From positions 682,001-746,000 of the forward strand of contig OZ287085.1 of the NCBI GenBank assembly GCA_965645245.1: a stretch of 64,000 bases of DNA, given 5' to 3'. This DNA comes from Massalongia carnosa (taxonomy: Eukaryota). The translations under genes and the position numbers were made by a program. Below the pieces are notes generated by a model. That model searched no databases and had not been told where the DNA came from. It saw nothing but the letters and a program-made list of their open reading frames with translations. Positions 37,443-51,560 of the stretch are shown here, piece by piece. Numbering within the stretch: position 1 is the stretch's first letter; the number at the start of each line of letters is the position of its first letter.

Positions 37443-38347
37443 ACACCAAAGACCACCTATCGAAACACAAGTACCGCAACTTTTGATACTCTAAAACTTT
37501 TACAGTCAATTGAACATTTCTTTCTCAGTCATTTGAGCTCCTCCAGAGCAAAAACGGACTCAGATTGAGTGTAGGAGAGCTCTAGCAAAGCTCCAGCAGA
37601 GATTTTCTGCTGGTCGCACGCGACAGACGTGATAAAGCGCGCTCAAGAAGTTATAAAAAACAACAAATACCAACAATATCACCAAAAATCGCTCTTTTTT
37701 CTCACTTTCTTCTGTTCTGTTGTCGCATTACCCTCAATTATTACAACAAGAATTATCTACAAAAAATATCTACTGTCGCGGTACTGTACAACAACTGTCG
37801 CGACGACCAACTTTTTTGAAGTTCATTTCTCATTTAAGGTTACGGGAACTTCCGCAAACTCAAATATTCACAGTATATTTCACGTATAATTTCTGCATAA
37901 ACCATTTTAGGCTTTATCGATCTCCATTGAACGGCCGGTCAACAGATCACTGAAAAGAAGGGGAAAAACGTCTGGAATAGGATTATACCAAAGATCCTAT
38001 TTCAGATTAATCAGAATAGGAAGTCTCTTATTATCTTACCTTGCCTTAGATCTATTTTTATCGCAAAAAAGCAAAAAAAAAACTTTCATTATTTTCAACT
38101 ATTGTAGTGTCTGGTAAAGGGTTAAATAAGATTTACTGCCTAAGCGAGGAACGGTCTATTTTAACCCGATTAGGATTTATTTGACGAGTTATTGTCATAT
38201 AAATAGGGATAGGAAAGCAAGAGTCGTTAGACCTGTAAATTGGTGTAAATTTCTATTCTGATTAGTACGTCCGGGGAACATCAGAATAAATTATTTGGTG
38301 GTGATAAAAGGGATATTGAAAAGGCATATCGATTTATTTATTAAATC

Positions 38348-39921
38348 ATGTTCAATCCGGTACTCCCTAGGACTCGACGAAATATATCGAGAGCCTCCCC
38401 GGGAACACCCCTTAGCACTCCTCAAAACCCTCCCCAAATGGAATCTCCGGGGCTCTCGTCAGTAGGACTTATAGAAAAATCGCCTGTACTTGACGAGCCT
38501 ATGGATCAATCACATGAATATTCGTCCGCCCCGACTACGCCGACCCCAAAAGCAACCAAATTCCCATCTGGACAATTTACTACCAATCTACCCATGCCAT
38601 CGTTAAATTCTAATATAGAATTAAGCCCCCCCATCAAACGTAACAAACGAAAAACATTCGACGAACGAGTAGAGGAAAGCCAAGAAGCAATCAATCGAGC
38701 ACAATCGATTGGATTACTCAAAACGGCTAAAACCGCGTTATTGAAGTCATTTGTCTTAGATCAAAATCCAGAAACAGTAATAGTCATTGATAATTTCAAT
38801 TCCTTATTGACAAAAAATCAATTAATATCAAAACAACACTAGACATGATGAATTGGAAATTGGACAAGGTAATTGATCAGACTAGTAATCGAACCTCAGA
38901 AACAACGCGAAAATCGACTCGGGTTCAACAAGTCAATATGACTGAAAATCCAAATAAAGTCGTCAACACGAACGCACGAAAGGAAACCGCCGGGGTTACG
39001 AGTACAAAGGTCAATAACACGCCTCCATCCTGGAGTCAAATGCTTGGAAAAGCAACTGCGAATTCCGAAAATTGGACCACTGTTTCCAGATCGAAAAATT
39101 CGAGTCAAACCTCGAACAAACTCGAAAAAACCGACGAATTAAATGCAATCAAACTCAGACGACTGATAATTACACCAAAAATTCAAATCGGCGATATCGA
39201 CTCATTGAAACTTCGAGATCAAATCAACGCGCAATTCAGCAACGCGAAGTTAGATATCGTAATCAACACGGTCGAAAAATCGAAAACCGGTCAGAATATC
39301 GTTCTCACTACTAGTTCGAAAAACACTGCCGCAGAATTGTTGGAAAACAAATCTATATGGGAACATATGTTCGATGCACAAAGAATTCGAAAAGACGAAT
39401 CCTGGTTTAAAGTTATCGCACATGGAGTAAATATTGCAACGTTTGATCAAAATATGCAATTTTTGCAAAATGAAATCCAGAAATTCAACCTTAACATGGA
39501 ATTGTGCGATTTACCCAGATGGCTAGCGCGAGATCGCGAAAATAAAGTCAATTCTTCGGTCGTTTTGACTTTTAACGATCGAAATCAGGCCTTAAACGCG
39601 TTAAAAGGCGTAAATATCGCGGGAAAACACTGTGACACGGAAATATTTACTTCCGTTCGTCCGAATACACAATGTATTAATTGTCAAAAATTCGGACACA
39701 AGCATTATCAGTGTCGAAACAAATCAAAATGCAATATTTGTGCACAAAATCATGAAACACGTAATCATGAATGCATAACATGCAAATCGAAAACTGCGTC
39801 TGCACACGTTGTTGTGAAATGTGCAAACTGCAATAAAAATCATCAATCAAATGATAAACATTGTGAAATGTTTACTGCATTAAATCCACGAAAATCGGCT
39901 GACGAATTATCCGCCTTATAA
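38348..39921 (+). pseudogene. LINE-B ORF1 (gag-like, three Cys/His knuckles) with one frameshift near 38815
   Basis: ORFs 38348-38842 and 38845-39921; FKVIAHGV, PRWL, CINCQKFGH, CNICAQNH, CANCNKNH. Confidence 0.9.
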
Positions 39922-42900
39922 TGGCAGGACAGCATTCGTTGGCAAATATAGAAAATACTCACAATGTCAAATTTATTCAACACAACTGTGGAAGGTCAAC
40001 GAATACAATGATTTCGTGTTTGGAATATGCTTTATCAAATCAAATTGATATTGTTTTGTTTCAGGAACCATGGACACGAGATCAAAAAAAAATATCACAT
40101 CCGTCATTTACATGCATTATGCCGAAAACAGCGACTTATCGCTCGAGAGTAGCTATATTTGTCACAAAATGCAATCCCAAACTGCAATGCACGCCTAGAA
40201 CGGATCTGGTTGACGATTCCGATATGCAAATTATTGAAATTACAATTGATGAAATTCGAAAAGTGCAGATTTTCAATATTTTTAACGAAAAAAGTCAAAA
40301 TGATCGAGAAACATACACGATCGATCGACTTTTAATCAAATATCAACCTACATCAACTAATCAATTCATCATATGTGGAGATTTAATTGCACATCATAAC
40401 TGGTGGAATTCGAAAATTCAACACGCAATTCGATCAGAAAATTTAGTCAAATGGTTGAAAATAAACAAATGTAGTTTGATAAACACATCTGATTTATGCA
40501 CATTCTACGCCCATTCTGGAAGTTCATCATCTGTTATTGATTTAACATTTGCAAATTCCAAAATCGAAAATGCAATTACAAACTGGGCAATCGATGAAAA
40601 CGCAGTCACAGGTTCAGATCATGAAGTTATCCGATTTGAACTAATCGCATCTTTCAAGAATTTGACGTCACATGCAACCGCATTATCGAATAAATACAAT
40701 TGTAATAAAGCCGATTGGAATAAATTCGGGAAGTTTCTAGACGAAAATTCAATCAACTACGAATCAAAAGTACAAAGTTTATTGAATAATCATCAATTCG
40801 ACGAATCAGCGATACATTTGCAAAAAATTATCAAAAACGCGGCTGAAATGTTTATTCCGAAAACAAAAATATGTGCAAAATCGAAAAATTGGTGGTCGCA
40901 AGATTTAACCGAACTTCGAAAAATCATGTGCAGGCATCGTCGAGAATGGAATAATTATCCGTCCGATTTTAGTCATCGGACGATTAAACATAGTCGAATT
41001 GAGTATTTTCATGCAATTCGAAAAGCAAAACAACAAACCTGGTTGACTTTTCGAGAAAATGCAGCGAATAAAGACGTGTTTACCGCGTATAAATATACTA
41101 AACCGCGCATATTCGAAAAAATACCGCCGATTCTACATGAAAATAAGCTTAATGTTCAGTTTGATGACAAATGCGATGCGTTTGTGTCAGCAATGTACAC
41201 AAAAAACCCATTTATAGACGATAATGTCGAAGATTTACAAAATCAAGACAGCGAAAATGATGATAATTGGCCAGATTTGACCGAAAACGAGCTGCAAAAT
41301 GCGATTAATTTATTTAATCCGAAGAAAGCATATGGACCTGATTCAATCAATTTTACAATTGTTCAAAAATCGTTTCAATCGTTGAAAAACGTGTTTTTCA
41401 TGATTTATTCGAAATTCATTCAAATCGGTTATCACCCGTTTTGCTGGCGGACAGGACTCGGTGCAGTTCTGAACAAACCTAATAAATCAGACTATTCGCT
41501 ACCAAAATCATATCGAATTATCACATTACTAAATTGTCTTGGTAAAATTGCTGAGAAAATCGTTGCAAATCGACTAGCCTACTTCGGCGAAAATTTGAAT
41601 TTACTAGATATCGAACAGATGGGCGGACGCAAAAATCATTCTGCAATTGACGCAGTAATGAACGTCGTTCATGATATCGAAATTGCGAATCGAAATAAAA
41701 GCGTTTTATCCTGTTTATTACTCGATGTCAAAGGCGCATTTGACTTTGTCTCGATTAATCAACTGCTAAATGTCATGAAAAAGCTGAAATTATCCCGCAT
41801 AATAATTCAATGGGTCAAGCATTTCATGACAAAACGATCGATCAATTTGATATTCGATGAAAACAAAAGCAAAACATATTATGTCGAATCAGGAATTCCA
41901 CAAGGTTCACCAATCTCGCCTATTCTATTTCTGATTTACATCACATGTTTTACCAGTTAAACTTCGATTATTAATGAAAAATCAAAAATACGCAATTCGA
42001 TTATTGAAGATTGCCGAAAATAACCCTATTTGTCAAAGAATTCCAAATACATATTCGATAAAATTCGAAAACATCGGTTTTGACACTAGTTTATGGAACA
42101 ACAAATATGCCGAATGGAACGAAGACGAAAAACAAACAAATAAACGACATCCTAGTCAGCTCATTCGCGTTCTTCATTCCGTCTCCGACATAGTTCACAA
42201 AACTGATGAGTTTGAACAATCAAATCATTCTATTAAACCTTGGAAATCGCCGTGCAAAATCGAATTTCAAATCGAAAATACAAAGGAATCTGCTAAATCA
42301 AGTTATTATTCGACCTTATCCAAAGTTCAATCAATGAACTCCGATAAATCCCGAGTTTTACTTTATACGGATGGATCAAAAATCGAATTTGCAACGTCTG
42401 CAGTCACATTTGCGCCAATTATGAGGAATTGGAGTAGTATTATCAATAATTTTGATCGATTTATCGAAAAAGATTGTCTGATCAAGTATCATACGATTTC
42501 GAAAAGCTGGAAATTAAGCAAACAGTCAAGCATTAAAAATGCTGAACTGCATGCAATTTTACAAGCAATGAAATGGGTCTATAAATTGTCTAATACTAAT
42601 ATTTTATCGAACTTGGAAAAAACGATTTGGATTTTTTCTGATAGTATAAACGCGATAAACGAAATTAATAACTCGACAAATCAGATTTTCGCAAGACAAA
42701 TTCGAAAGCTCGCAAAACGCTTATTTGAAAGCAATTATCAGGTGATTTTGCAATGGGTTCCGAGTCATTCGAATATTACCGAAAACGAAATTGCAGACAA
42801 AATAGCAAAAACGGGCCATAATCAAATCCTAGTCGAGTCCTCGGCTATAACATTTGATTATGTAAAAGATCAAATAAATCAAAATATGCTAACCACATGG

Positions 42901-43353
42901 ACGAATCAATGGCAACAATGCAAATCAAAAGGCAAATACTACGAGAAATTCGAAATGAAACCTGGCATATCGAGATTTTATTATTTATCAAACAACTGTT
43001 CCAAATTGATATTTGCTACTATTATGCAATTAAAATTCGGACACGGCTATTTTCGATCATATTTACATCGATTGAAAGATTATAATTCGTCAAAATGCTC
43101 AAATCGATGCAATCAACGACAAACGCCAGAACACTTGTTATTGAATTGCATTCACTATTTCGATGAAATTCAAAACATGAAACAAACCATCGATACTACG
43201 ATCAACTTGAATATGTTGTTTAATACAAAAATCGGAAATGACATTTTGATTAAATTCATTGTCAATAACAAAATCGCGACTAGAAAATGGATACTAGGTC
43301 AGCTTGATGACGATATTTTCGAAACTGGAGGTTGGGGAGAGATCGAACAGTAA
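39921..43353 (+). pseudogene. LINE-B ORF2 (APE, partial RT, RNase H, CCHC) lacking the FIDD catalytic motif
   Basis: ORFs 39921-41960 and 41974-43353; the segment present in copy 1 at ~30170-30747 is absent. Confidence 0.9.
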
Positions 43354-43600
43354 AATCAGAAACGATTTATGCTGAAACAGTTACGAACTTACAAAGATAA
43401 ATTGTAAAATCGATATTTTTCGATTACTATAGGTTGTTACTAACACGGAGTAAAAATGGGGAAAAATTGACGATACATAGATGGGTTATAAAGGATTGAT
43501 TTATTTGTAATATAGAAACATATCCTAAAATTGTTTAGTGTCATAACCTTAGGTTGAATACACTTAATGAATAAATAATAAAAAAAAAATAATAAAAAAA

Positions 43601-44066
43601 GAATACTTGTTATTAAATTGCATTAACTATTTCGATGAAATTCAAAACATGAAACAAAATGTCGATACTACGATCAACTTGAATATGTTGTTTTATACAA
43701 AAATCGGAAATGATATTTTGATTAAATTCATTGTCGATAACAATATCGCGACTAGAAAATGGATAATAGGTAAGCTTGATGACGAAATTTCCGAAACTGG
43801 AGGTTTGGGAGAGATCGAACAGTAAAATCAGAAATGATTTGTGCTTAAACATTTACGAACTTACAAAGAAAATTTGTAAAATCAATAATTTTTCGATTAC
43901 TATAGGTTTTTATTAACACGGAGTAAAAACGGGGCAAAATTGACGATACATAGATGTGTTATAAAGGGTTGACTTATTTGTATTATAGAAATATATCCTA
44001 AAATTGTTTAGTGTCATAACCTTAGGTTGAATACACTTAATGAATAAAAAAAAACAATAAAAAAAA
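43601..44066 (+). mobile_element. Older LINE-B 3' fragment; its upstream part is at 51561-51610 on the minus strand
   Basis: LLNCI..GEIEQ*, 3' UTR and poly-A. Confidence 0.9.
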
Positions 44067-45420
44067 CGGTAACTCACCAGCGACTGACGCACAACTTACG
44101 GAAAAGAAAAATTCCAAAATAAACCACCGACTGGTTAAACAGTTTTCTGAGCAATCGAAGAACTAGTTTTACAATAAATCGAAAAGTCACCGGGTAGTTT
44201 GCGGTAAGAACGGATATCTCGCATGGCTCTCCCCTTTCATCCAAATTTTACATATTTTACAATGCAGATCTTTTGGAAATATATTATCGACTAGGGAAAA
44301 ACACAAGTCCCATAGGATTTGTAGACGACGCAAATAATTTGGCATATGGAAAAAGCACCAAGGAAAACTGTAAAACTCTAGAGGCAATTCACAGACAATG
44401 TGAGACGTGGGCTTCCTGGCACGGGTCATTATTCGCTCTGACGAAGTACGAATTCATATACTTGTCCAGAAATCCCAAAAGATTCAAAATGATTGCATTT
44501 ATCAATATTGCCAGCACTGAAAATGAACCTAAAACGGTCATCAGAGTATTGGGCCTACAAATCGACACTAAATTGAAATGGGGACCTCACGTTCGCAAAA
44601 CCGCAAGAGAAAATAGTCAAACAATCAATTGCATTGACAAAAATTTCCACATGAACCTAGAGTGCCACCTTTGCCAAGGCAAGGCAGGTTTACAGTGCCG
44701 TGGTGTGTCCGGCCATGATATATTGTTCAGCCGTATAGCACATGCCTAAAGAAGTCAAAAAGTCGGAAACATCAACGAGCAAGCTATCTGTCATGTAAAA
44801 AACAATTTCCTTCGCACCATAGCCGGTGCATTTAAAGCTGCTCCCATCTCAGTACTAGAAACAGAGACATTTATAGCGCCCATAGATACGCATTTCGACA
44901 TGCTACAAGCACAGGCAAGGTACCGGCTCCGAGCCGGAAGCCAATTGAAGATCATCTCCTCCGTATGCAACAAAATAGCTGATAAACTTCGAGGCAAGGC
45001 AGGTCGCAAACGACTTTAAAAGCCCACCCCGGAAGAGCTAAAAAATATCTGGGCCAAAAGCCTACTGATATTGACTCAAAAATAGTTTAACAACTTAAGG
45101 TACCCCCACCATGGTTCGAAGTCCACCCGGCGTGGCACCGCGAAGCTACTGTTGCGGCACCTACCGACACAAGCAGATGCAAACAATCAAAGCACGACAA
45201 ATTAAGGTCTGGAACGACTCGTGGTGCGCATATCAAAATCGCGTCTTCGAACCCTCTATTGCAAAATCAATCCCACTGAGCAAAAAACGGCTGAAAATAC
45301 ACACGCAGCTAAAAATAGCCGAAAGGCTCTAACAACACAAATTTGCACTGGCAGGATCTGGTTAACTGACTTTCTCTACCAGTGACGGGTGCCCTCCGTC
45401 ACCTCACCGGCCTGCTTATG
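44067..45420 (+). mobile_element. LINE-C body (RT to zinc finger), degraded
   Basis: HQRL.HNLRKRKIP, GFVDD, LGLQIDTKLKWG; closely similar to 26040-26797. Confidence 0.9.
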
Positions 45421-48400
45421 TTTTTTATTTATTCATTAAGTGTATTCAACCTAAGGTTATTACACTAAACTATTTTAGGATATGTTTCTATATTACAAAT
45501 AAATCAACCCTTTATAACCCATCTATGTATCGTCAATTTTTCCCCATTTTTACTCCGTGTTAGTAACAACCTATAGTAATCGAAAAATATCGATTTTACA
45601 ATTTATCTTTGTAAGTTCGTAACTGTTTCAGCATAAATCGTTTCTGATTTTACTGTTCGATCTCTCCCCAACCTCCAGTTTCGAAAATATCGTCATCAAG
45701 CTGACCTAGTATCCATTTTCTAGTCGCGATTTTGTTATTGACAATGAATTTAATCAAAATGTCATTTCCGATTTTTGTATTAAACAACATATTCAAGTTG
45801 ATCGTAGTATCGATGGTTTGTTTCATGTTTTGAATTTCATCGAAATAGTGAATGCAATTCAATAACAAGTGTTCTGGCGTTTGTCGTTGATTGCATCGAT
45901 TTGAGCATTTTGACGAATTATAATCTTTCAATCGATGTAAATATGATCGAAAATAGCCGTGTCCGAATTTTAATTGCATAATAGTAGCAAATATCAATTT
46001 GGAACAGTTGTTTGATAAATAATAAAATCTCGATATGCCAGGTTTCATTTCGAATATCTCGTAGTATTTGCCTTTTGATTTGCATCGTTGCCATTGATTC
46101 GTCCATGTGGTTAGCATATTTTGATTTATTTGATCTTTTACATAATCAAATGTTATAGCCGAGGACTCGACTAGGATTTGATTATGGCCCGTCTTTGCTA
46201 TTTTGTCTGCAATTTCGTTTTCGGTAATATTCGAATGACTCGGAACCCATTGCAAAATCACCTGAAAATTGCTTTCAAATAAGCGTTTTGCGAGCTTTCG
46301 AATTTGTCTTGCGAAAATATGATTTTTCAAGTTCTGAATTTCGTTTATCGCGTTTATACTATCAGAAAAAATCCAAATCGTTTTTGCCAAGTTCGATAAA
46401 ATATTAGTATTTGACAATTTATAGACCCATTTCATTGCTTGTAAAATTGCATGCAGTTCAGCATTTTTAATGCTTGACTGTTTGCTTAATTTCCAGCTTT
46501 TCGAAATCGTATAATACTTGATCAGACAATCTTTTTCGATAAATCGATCAAAATTATTGATAATACTACTCCAATTCCTCATAATTGGCGCAAATGTGAC
46601 TGCAGACGTTGCAAATTCGATTTTTGATCCATCCGTATAAAGTAAAACTCTGGATTTATCGGAGTTCATTGATTGAATTTTGGATAAGGTCGAATAATAA
46701 CTTGATTTAGCAGATTCCTTTGTATTTTCGATTTGAAATTCGATTTTGCACGGCGATTTCCAAGGTTTAATAAAATGATTTCATTGTTCAAACTCATCAG
46801 TTTTGTGAACTATGTCGGAAAGGGAATAAAGAACGAGAATGAGCTGACTAGGATGTCGTTTATTTGTTTGTTTTTCGTCTTCGTTCCATTCGGCATATTT
46901 GTTGTTCCATAAACTAGTGTCAAAACCGATGTTTTCGAATTTTATCGAATATGTATTTGGAATTCTTTGACAAATAGGGTTATTTTCGGCAATCTTCAAT
47001 AATCGAATTGCGTATTTTTGATTTTTCATTAATAATCGAAGTTTAACTGGTAAAACATGTGATGTAAATCAGAAATAGAATAGGCGAGATTGGTGAACCT
47101 TGTGGAATTCCTGATTCGACATAATATGTTTTGCTTTTGTTTTCATCGAATATCAAATTGATCGATCGTTTTGTCATGAAATGCTTGACCCATTGAATTA
47201 TTATGCGAGATAATTTCAGGTTTTTCATGACATTTAGCAGTTGATTAATCGAGACAAAGTCAAATGCGCCTTTGACATCGAGTAATAAACAGGATAAAAC
47301 GCTTTTATTTCGATTCGCAATTTCGATATCATGAACGACGTTCATTACTGCGTCAATTGCAGAATGATTTTTGCGTCCGCCCATCTGATCGATATCTAGT
47401 AAATTCGAATTTTCGGCGAAGTAGGCTAGTCGATTTGCAACGGTTTTCTCAGCAATTTTACCAAGACAATTTAGTAATGTGATAATTCGATATGAGTTTG
47501 GTAGCGAATAGTCTGATTTATTAGGTTTTTTCAGAAGTGCACCGAGTCCTGTCCGCCAGCATAACGGGTGATAACCGATTCGAATGAATTTCGAATAAAT
47601 CATGAAAAACACGTTTTTCAACGATTGAAACGATTTTTGAACAATTGTAAAATTGATTGCATCAGGTCCACATGCTTTCTTCGGATTAAATAAATTAATC
47701 GCATTTTGCAGCTCGTTTTCGGTCAAATCTGGCCAATTATCATCATTTTCGCTGTCTTGATTTGGTAAATCTTCGACATTATCGTCTATAAATGGGTTTT
47801 TTGTGTACATTGCTGACACAAACGCATCGCACTTGTCATCAAACTGAACATTAAGCTTATTTTCATGTAGAATCGGCGGTATTTTCTCGAATATGCGCGG
47901 TTTAGTATATTTATACGCGGTAAACACGTCTTTATTCGCTGCATTTTCTAGAAAAGTCAACCAGGTTTGTTGTTTTGCTTTTCGAATTGCATGAAAATAC
48001 TCGATTCGACTATGTTTAAACGTCCGATTACTAAAATCGGACGGATAATTCTTCCATTCTCGACGATGCCTGCACATGATTTTTCGAAGTTCGGTTAAAT
48101 CTTGCGATCACCAATTTTTCGATTTTGCACATATTTTTGTTTTCGGAATAAACATTTCAGCCGCGTTATTGATAATTTTTTGCAAATGTATCGCTGATTC
48201 GTCGAATTGATGATTATTCAATAAACTTTGAACTTTTGATTCGTAGTTGATTGAATTTTCGTCTAGAAACTTCGCGAATTTATTCCAATCGGCTTTATTA
48301 CAATTGTATTTATTCGATAATGCGGTTGCATGTGACGTCAAATTCTTGAAAGATGCGATTAGTTCAAATCGGATAAATTCATGATCTGAACCTGTGACTG

Positions 48401-51400
48401 CGTTTTCATCGATTGCCCAGTTTGTAATTGCATTTTCGATTTTGGAATTTGCAAATGTTAAATCAATAACAGATGATGAACTTCCAGAATGGGCGTAGAA
48501 TGTGCATAAATCAGGTGTGTTTATCAAACTACATTTGTTTATTTTCAACCATTTGACTAAATTTTCTGATCGAATTGCATGTTGAATTTTCGAATTCCAC
48601 CAGTTATGATGTGCATTGAAATCTCCACATATGATGAATTGATTAGTTGATGTAGGTTGATATTTGATTAAAAGTCGATCGATCGTGTATGTTTCCTGAT
48701 CATTTTGACTTTTTTCGTTATAAATATTGAAAATCTGCACTTTTCGAACTTCATCAATTGTAATTTCAATAATTTGCATATCGGAATCGTCAATAAGATC
48801 CGTTCTAGGCGTGCATTGCAGTTTGGGATTGCATTTTGTGACAAATATAGCTACTCTCGAGCGATAAGTTGCTATTTTCGGCATAATGCATGTAAATGAC
48901 GGATGTGATATTGTTTTTTGATCTCGTGTCCATGGTTCCTGAAAAAAAAACAATATCAATTTGATTTGATAAAGCATATTCCAAACACGAAATCATTGCA
49001 TTCGTTGACCTTCCACAGTTGTGTTGAATAAATTTGACATTGTGAGTATTTTCTATATTTGCCAACGAATGCTGTCCTGCCATTATAAGGCGGATAATTC
49101 GTCAGCCGATTTTCGTGGATTTAATGCAGTAAACATTTCACAATGTTTATCATTTGATTGATGATTTTTATTGCAGTTTGCACATTTCACAACAACGTGT
49201 GCAGACGCAGTTTTCGATTTGCATGTTATGCATTCATGATTACGTGTTTCATGATTTTGTGCACAAATATTGCATTTTGATTTGTTTCGACACTGATAAT
49301 GCTTGTGTCCGAATTTTTGACAATTAATACATTGTGTATTCGGACGAACGGAAGTAAATATTTCCGTGTCACAGTGTTTTCCCGCGATATTTACGCCTTT
49401 TAACGCGTTTAAGGCCTGATTTCGATCGTTAAAAGTCAAAACGACCGAAGAATTGACTTTATTTTCGCGATCTCGCGCTAGCCATCTGGGTAAATCGCAC
49501 AATTCCATGTTAAGGTTGAATTTCTGGATTTCATTTTGCAAAAATTGCATATTTTGATCAAACGTTGCAATATTTACTCCATGTACGATCACTTTAAACC
49601 AGGATTCGTCTTTTCGAATTCTTTGTGCATCGAACATATGTTCCCATATAGATTTGTTTTCCAACAATTCTGCGGCAGTGTTTTTCGAACTAGTAGTGAG
49701 AACGATATTCTGACCGGTTTTCGATTTTTCGACCGTGTTGATTACGATATCTAACTTCGCGTTGCTGAATTGCGCGTTGATTTGATCTCGAAGTTTCAAT
49801 GAGTCGATATCGCCGATTTGAATTTTTGGTGTAATTATCAGTCGTCTGAGTTTGATTGCATTTAATTCGTCGGTTTTTTCGAGTTTGTTCGAGGTTTGAC
49901 TCGAATTTTTCGATCTGGAAACAGTGGTCCAATTTTCGGAATTCGCAGTTGCTTTTCCAAGCATTTGACTCCAGGATAGAGGCGTGTTATTGACCTTTGT
50001 ACTCGTAACCCCGGCGGTTTCCTTTCGTGCGTTCGTGTTGACGACTTATTTGGATTTTCAGTCATATTGACTTGTTGAACCCGAGTCGATTTTCGCGTTG
50101 TTTCTAAGGTTCGATTACTAGTCTGATCAATTACCTTGTCCAATTTCCAATTCATCATGTCTAGTGTTGTTTTGATATTAATTGATTTTTTTGTCAATAA
50201 GGAATTGAAATTATCAATGACTATTGCTGTTTCTGGATTTTGATCTAAGACAAATGACTTCAATAACGCGGTTTTAGCCGTTTTGAGTAATCCAATCGAT
50301 TGTGCTCGATTGATTGCTTCTTGGCTTTCCTCTACTCGTTCGTCGAATGTTTTTCGTTTGTTACGTTTGATGGGGGGGCTTAATTCTATATTAGAATTTA
50401 ACGATGGCATGGGTAGATTGGTAGTAAATTGTCCAGATGGGAATTTGGTTGCTTTTGGGGTCGGCGTAGTCGGGGCGGACGAATATTCATGTGATTGATC
50501 CATAGGCTCGTCAAGTACAGGCGATTTTTCTATAAGTCCTACTGACGAGAGCCCCGGAGATTCCATTTGGGGAGGGTTTTGAGGAGTGCTAAGGGGTGTT
50601 CCCGGGGAGGCTCTCGATATATTTCGTCGAGTCCTAGGGAGTACCGGATTGAACATGATTTAATAAATAAATCGATATGCCTTTTCAATATCCCTTTTAT
50701 CACCACCAAATAATTTATTCTGATGTTCCCCGGACGTACTAATCAGAATAGAAATTTACACCAATTTACAGGTCTAACGACTCTTGCTTTCCTATCCCTA
50801 TTTATATGACAATAACTCGTCAAATAAATCCTAATCGGGTTAAAATAGACCGTTCCTCGCTTAGGCAGTAAATCTTATTTAACCCTTTACCAGACACTAC
50901 AATAGTTGAAAATAATGAAAGTTTTTTTTTTGCTTTTTTGCGATAAAAATAGATCTAAGGCAAGGTAAGATAATAAGAGACTTCCTATTCTGATTAATCT
51001 GAAATAGGATCTTTGGTATAATCCTATTCCAGACGTTTTTCCCCTTCTTTTCAGTGATCTGTTGACCGGCCGTTCAATGGAGATCGATAAAGCCTAAAAT
51101 GGTTTATGCAGAAATTATACGTGAAATATACTGTGAATATTTGAGCTTGCGGAAGTTCCCGTAACCTTAAATGAGAAATGAACTTCAAAAAAGTTGGTCG
51201 TCGCGACAGTTGTTGTACAGTACCGCGACAGGAGATATTTTTTGTAGATAATTCTTGTAGTAATAATTGAGGGTAATGCGACAACAGAACAGAAGAAAGT
51301 GAGAAAAAAGAGCGATTTTTGGTGATTTGTTGGTATTTGTTGTTTTTTATAACTTCTTGAGCGCGCTTTATCACGTCTGTCGCGTGCGACCAGCAGAAAA

Positions 51401-51560
51401 TCTCTGCTGGAGCTTTGCTAGAGCTCTCCTACACTCAATCTGAGTCCGTTTTTGCTCTGGAGGAGCTCAAATGACTGAGAAAGAGATGTTCAATTGACTG
51501 TGAAAGTTTTAGAGTATCAAAAGTTGCGGTACTTGTGTTTCGATAGGTGGTCTTTGGTGT
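45421..51560 (-). mobile_element. LINE-B copy 3: inverted relative to copy 2, same RT deletion
   Basis: ORF1 50656-49083 and ORF2 49083-45650 with frameshifts; identical deletion junction near 47060; 5' end at 51560. Confidence 0.95.

Larger units (their letters stand above)
37443..43600 (+). mobile_element. LINE-B copy 2: intact ends, internal ~580-bp RT deletion
   Basis: 5' end ACACCAAAGACC; ~900-nt 5' UTR; ORF1; ORF2 jumps from LFLIYI to HVLPVK at ~41940; poly-A tail. Confidence 0.95.

Noticed and set aside
37443..37640. HDV-like ribozyme at the LINE-B 5' end
   Set aside because: I could not build the nested double pseudoknot by eye; only simple hairpins are evident.
38348..39921. ORF1 as a domesticated EKA-type effector gene
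   Set aside because: It sits inside a complete LINE and is frameshifted in all three copies.
37443..51560. Copies 2 and 3 as a simple inverted segmental duplication
   Set aside because: Similarity ends at the element boundaries, flanks differ, and the copies carry different SNPs and frameshifts.
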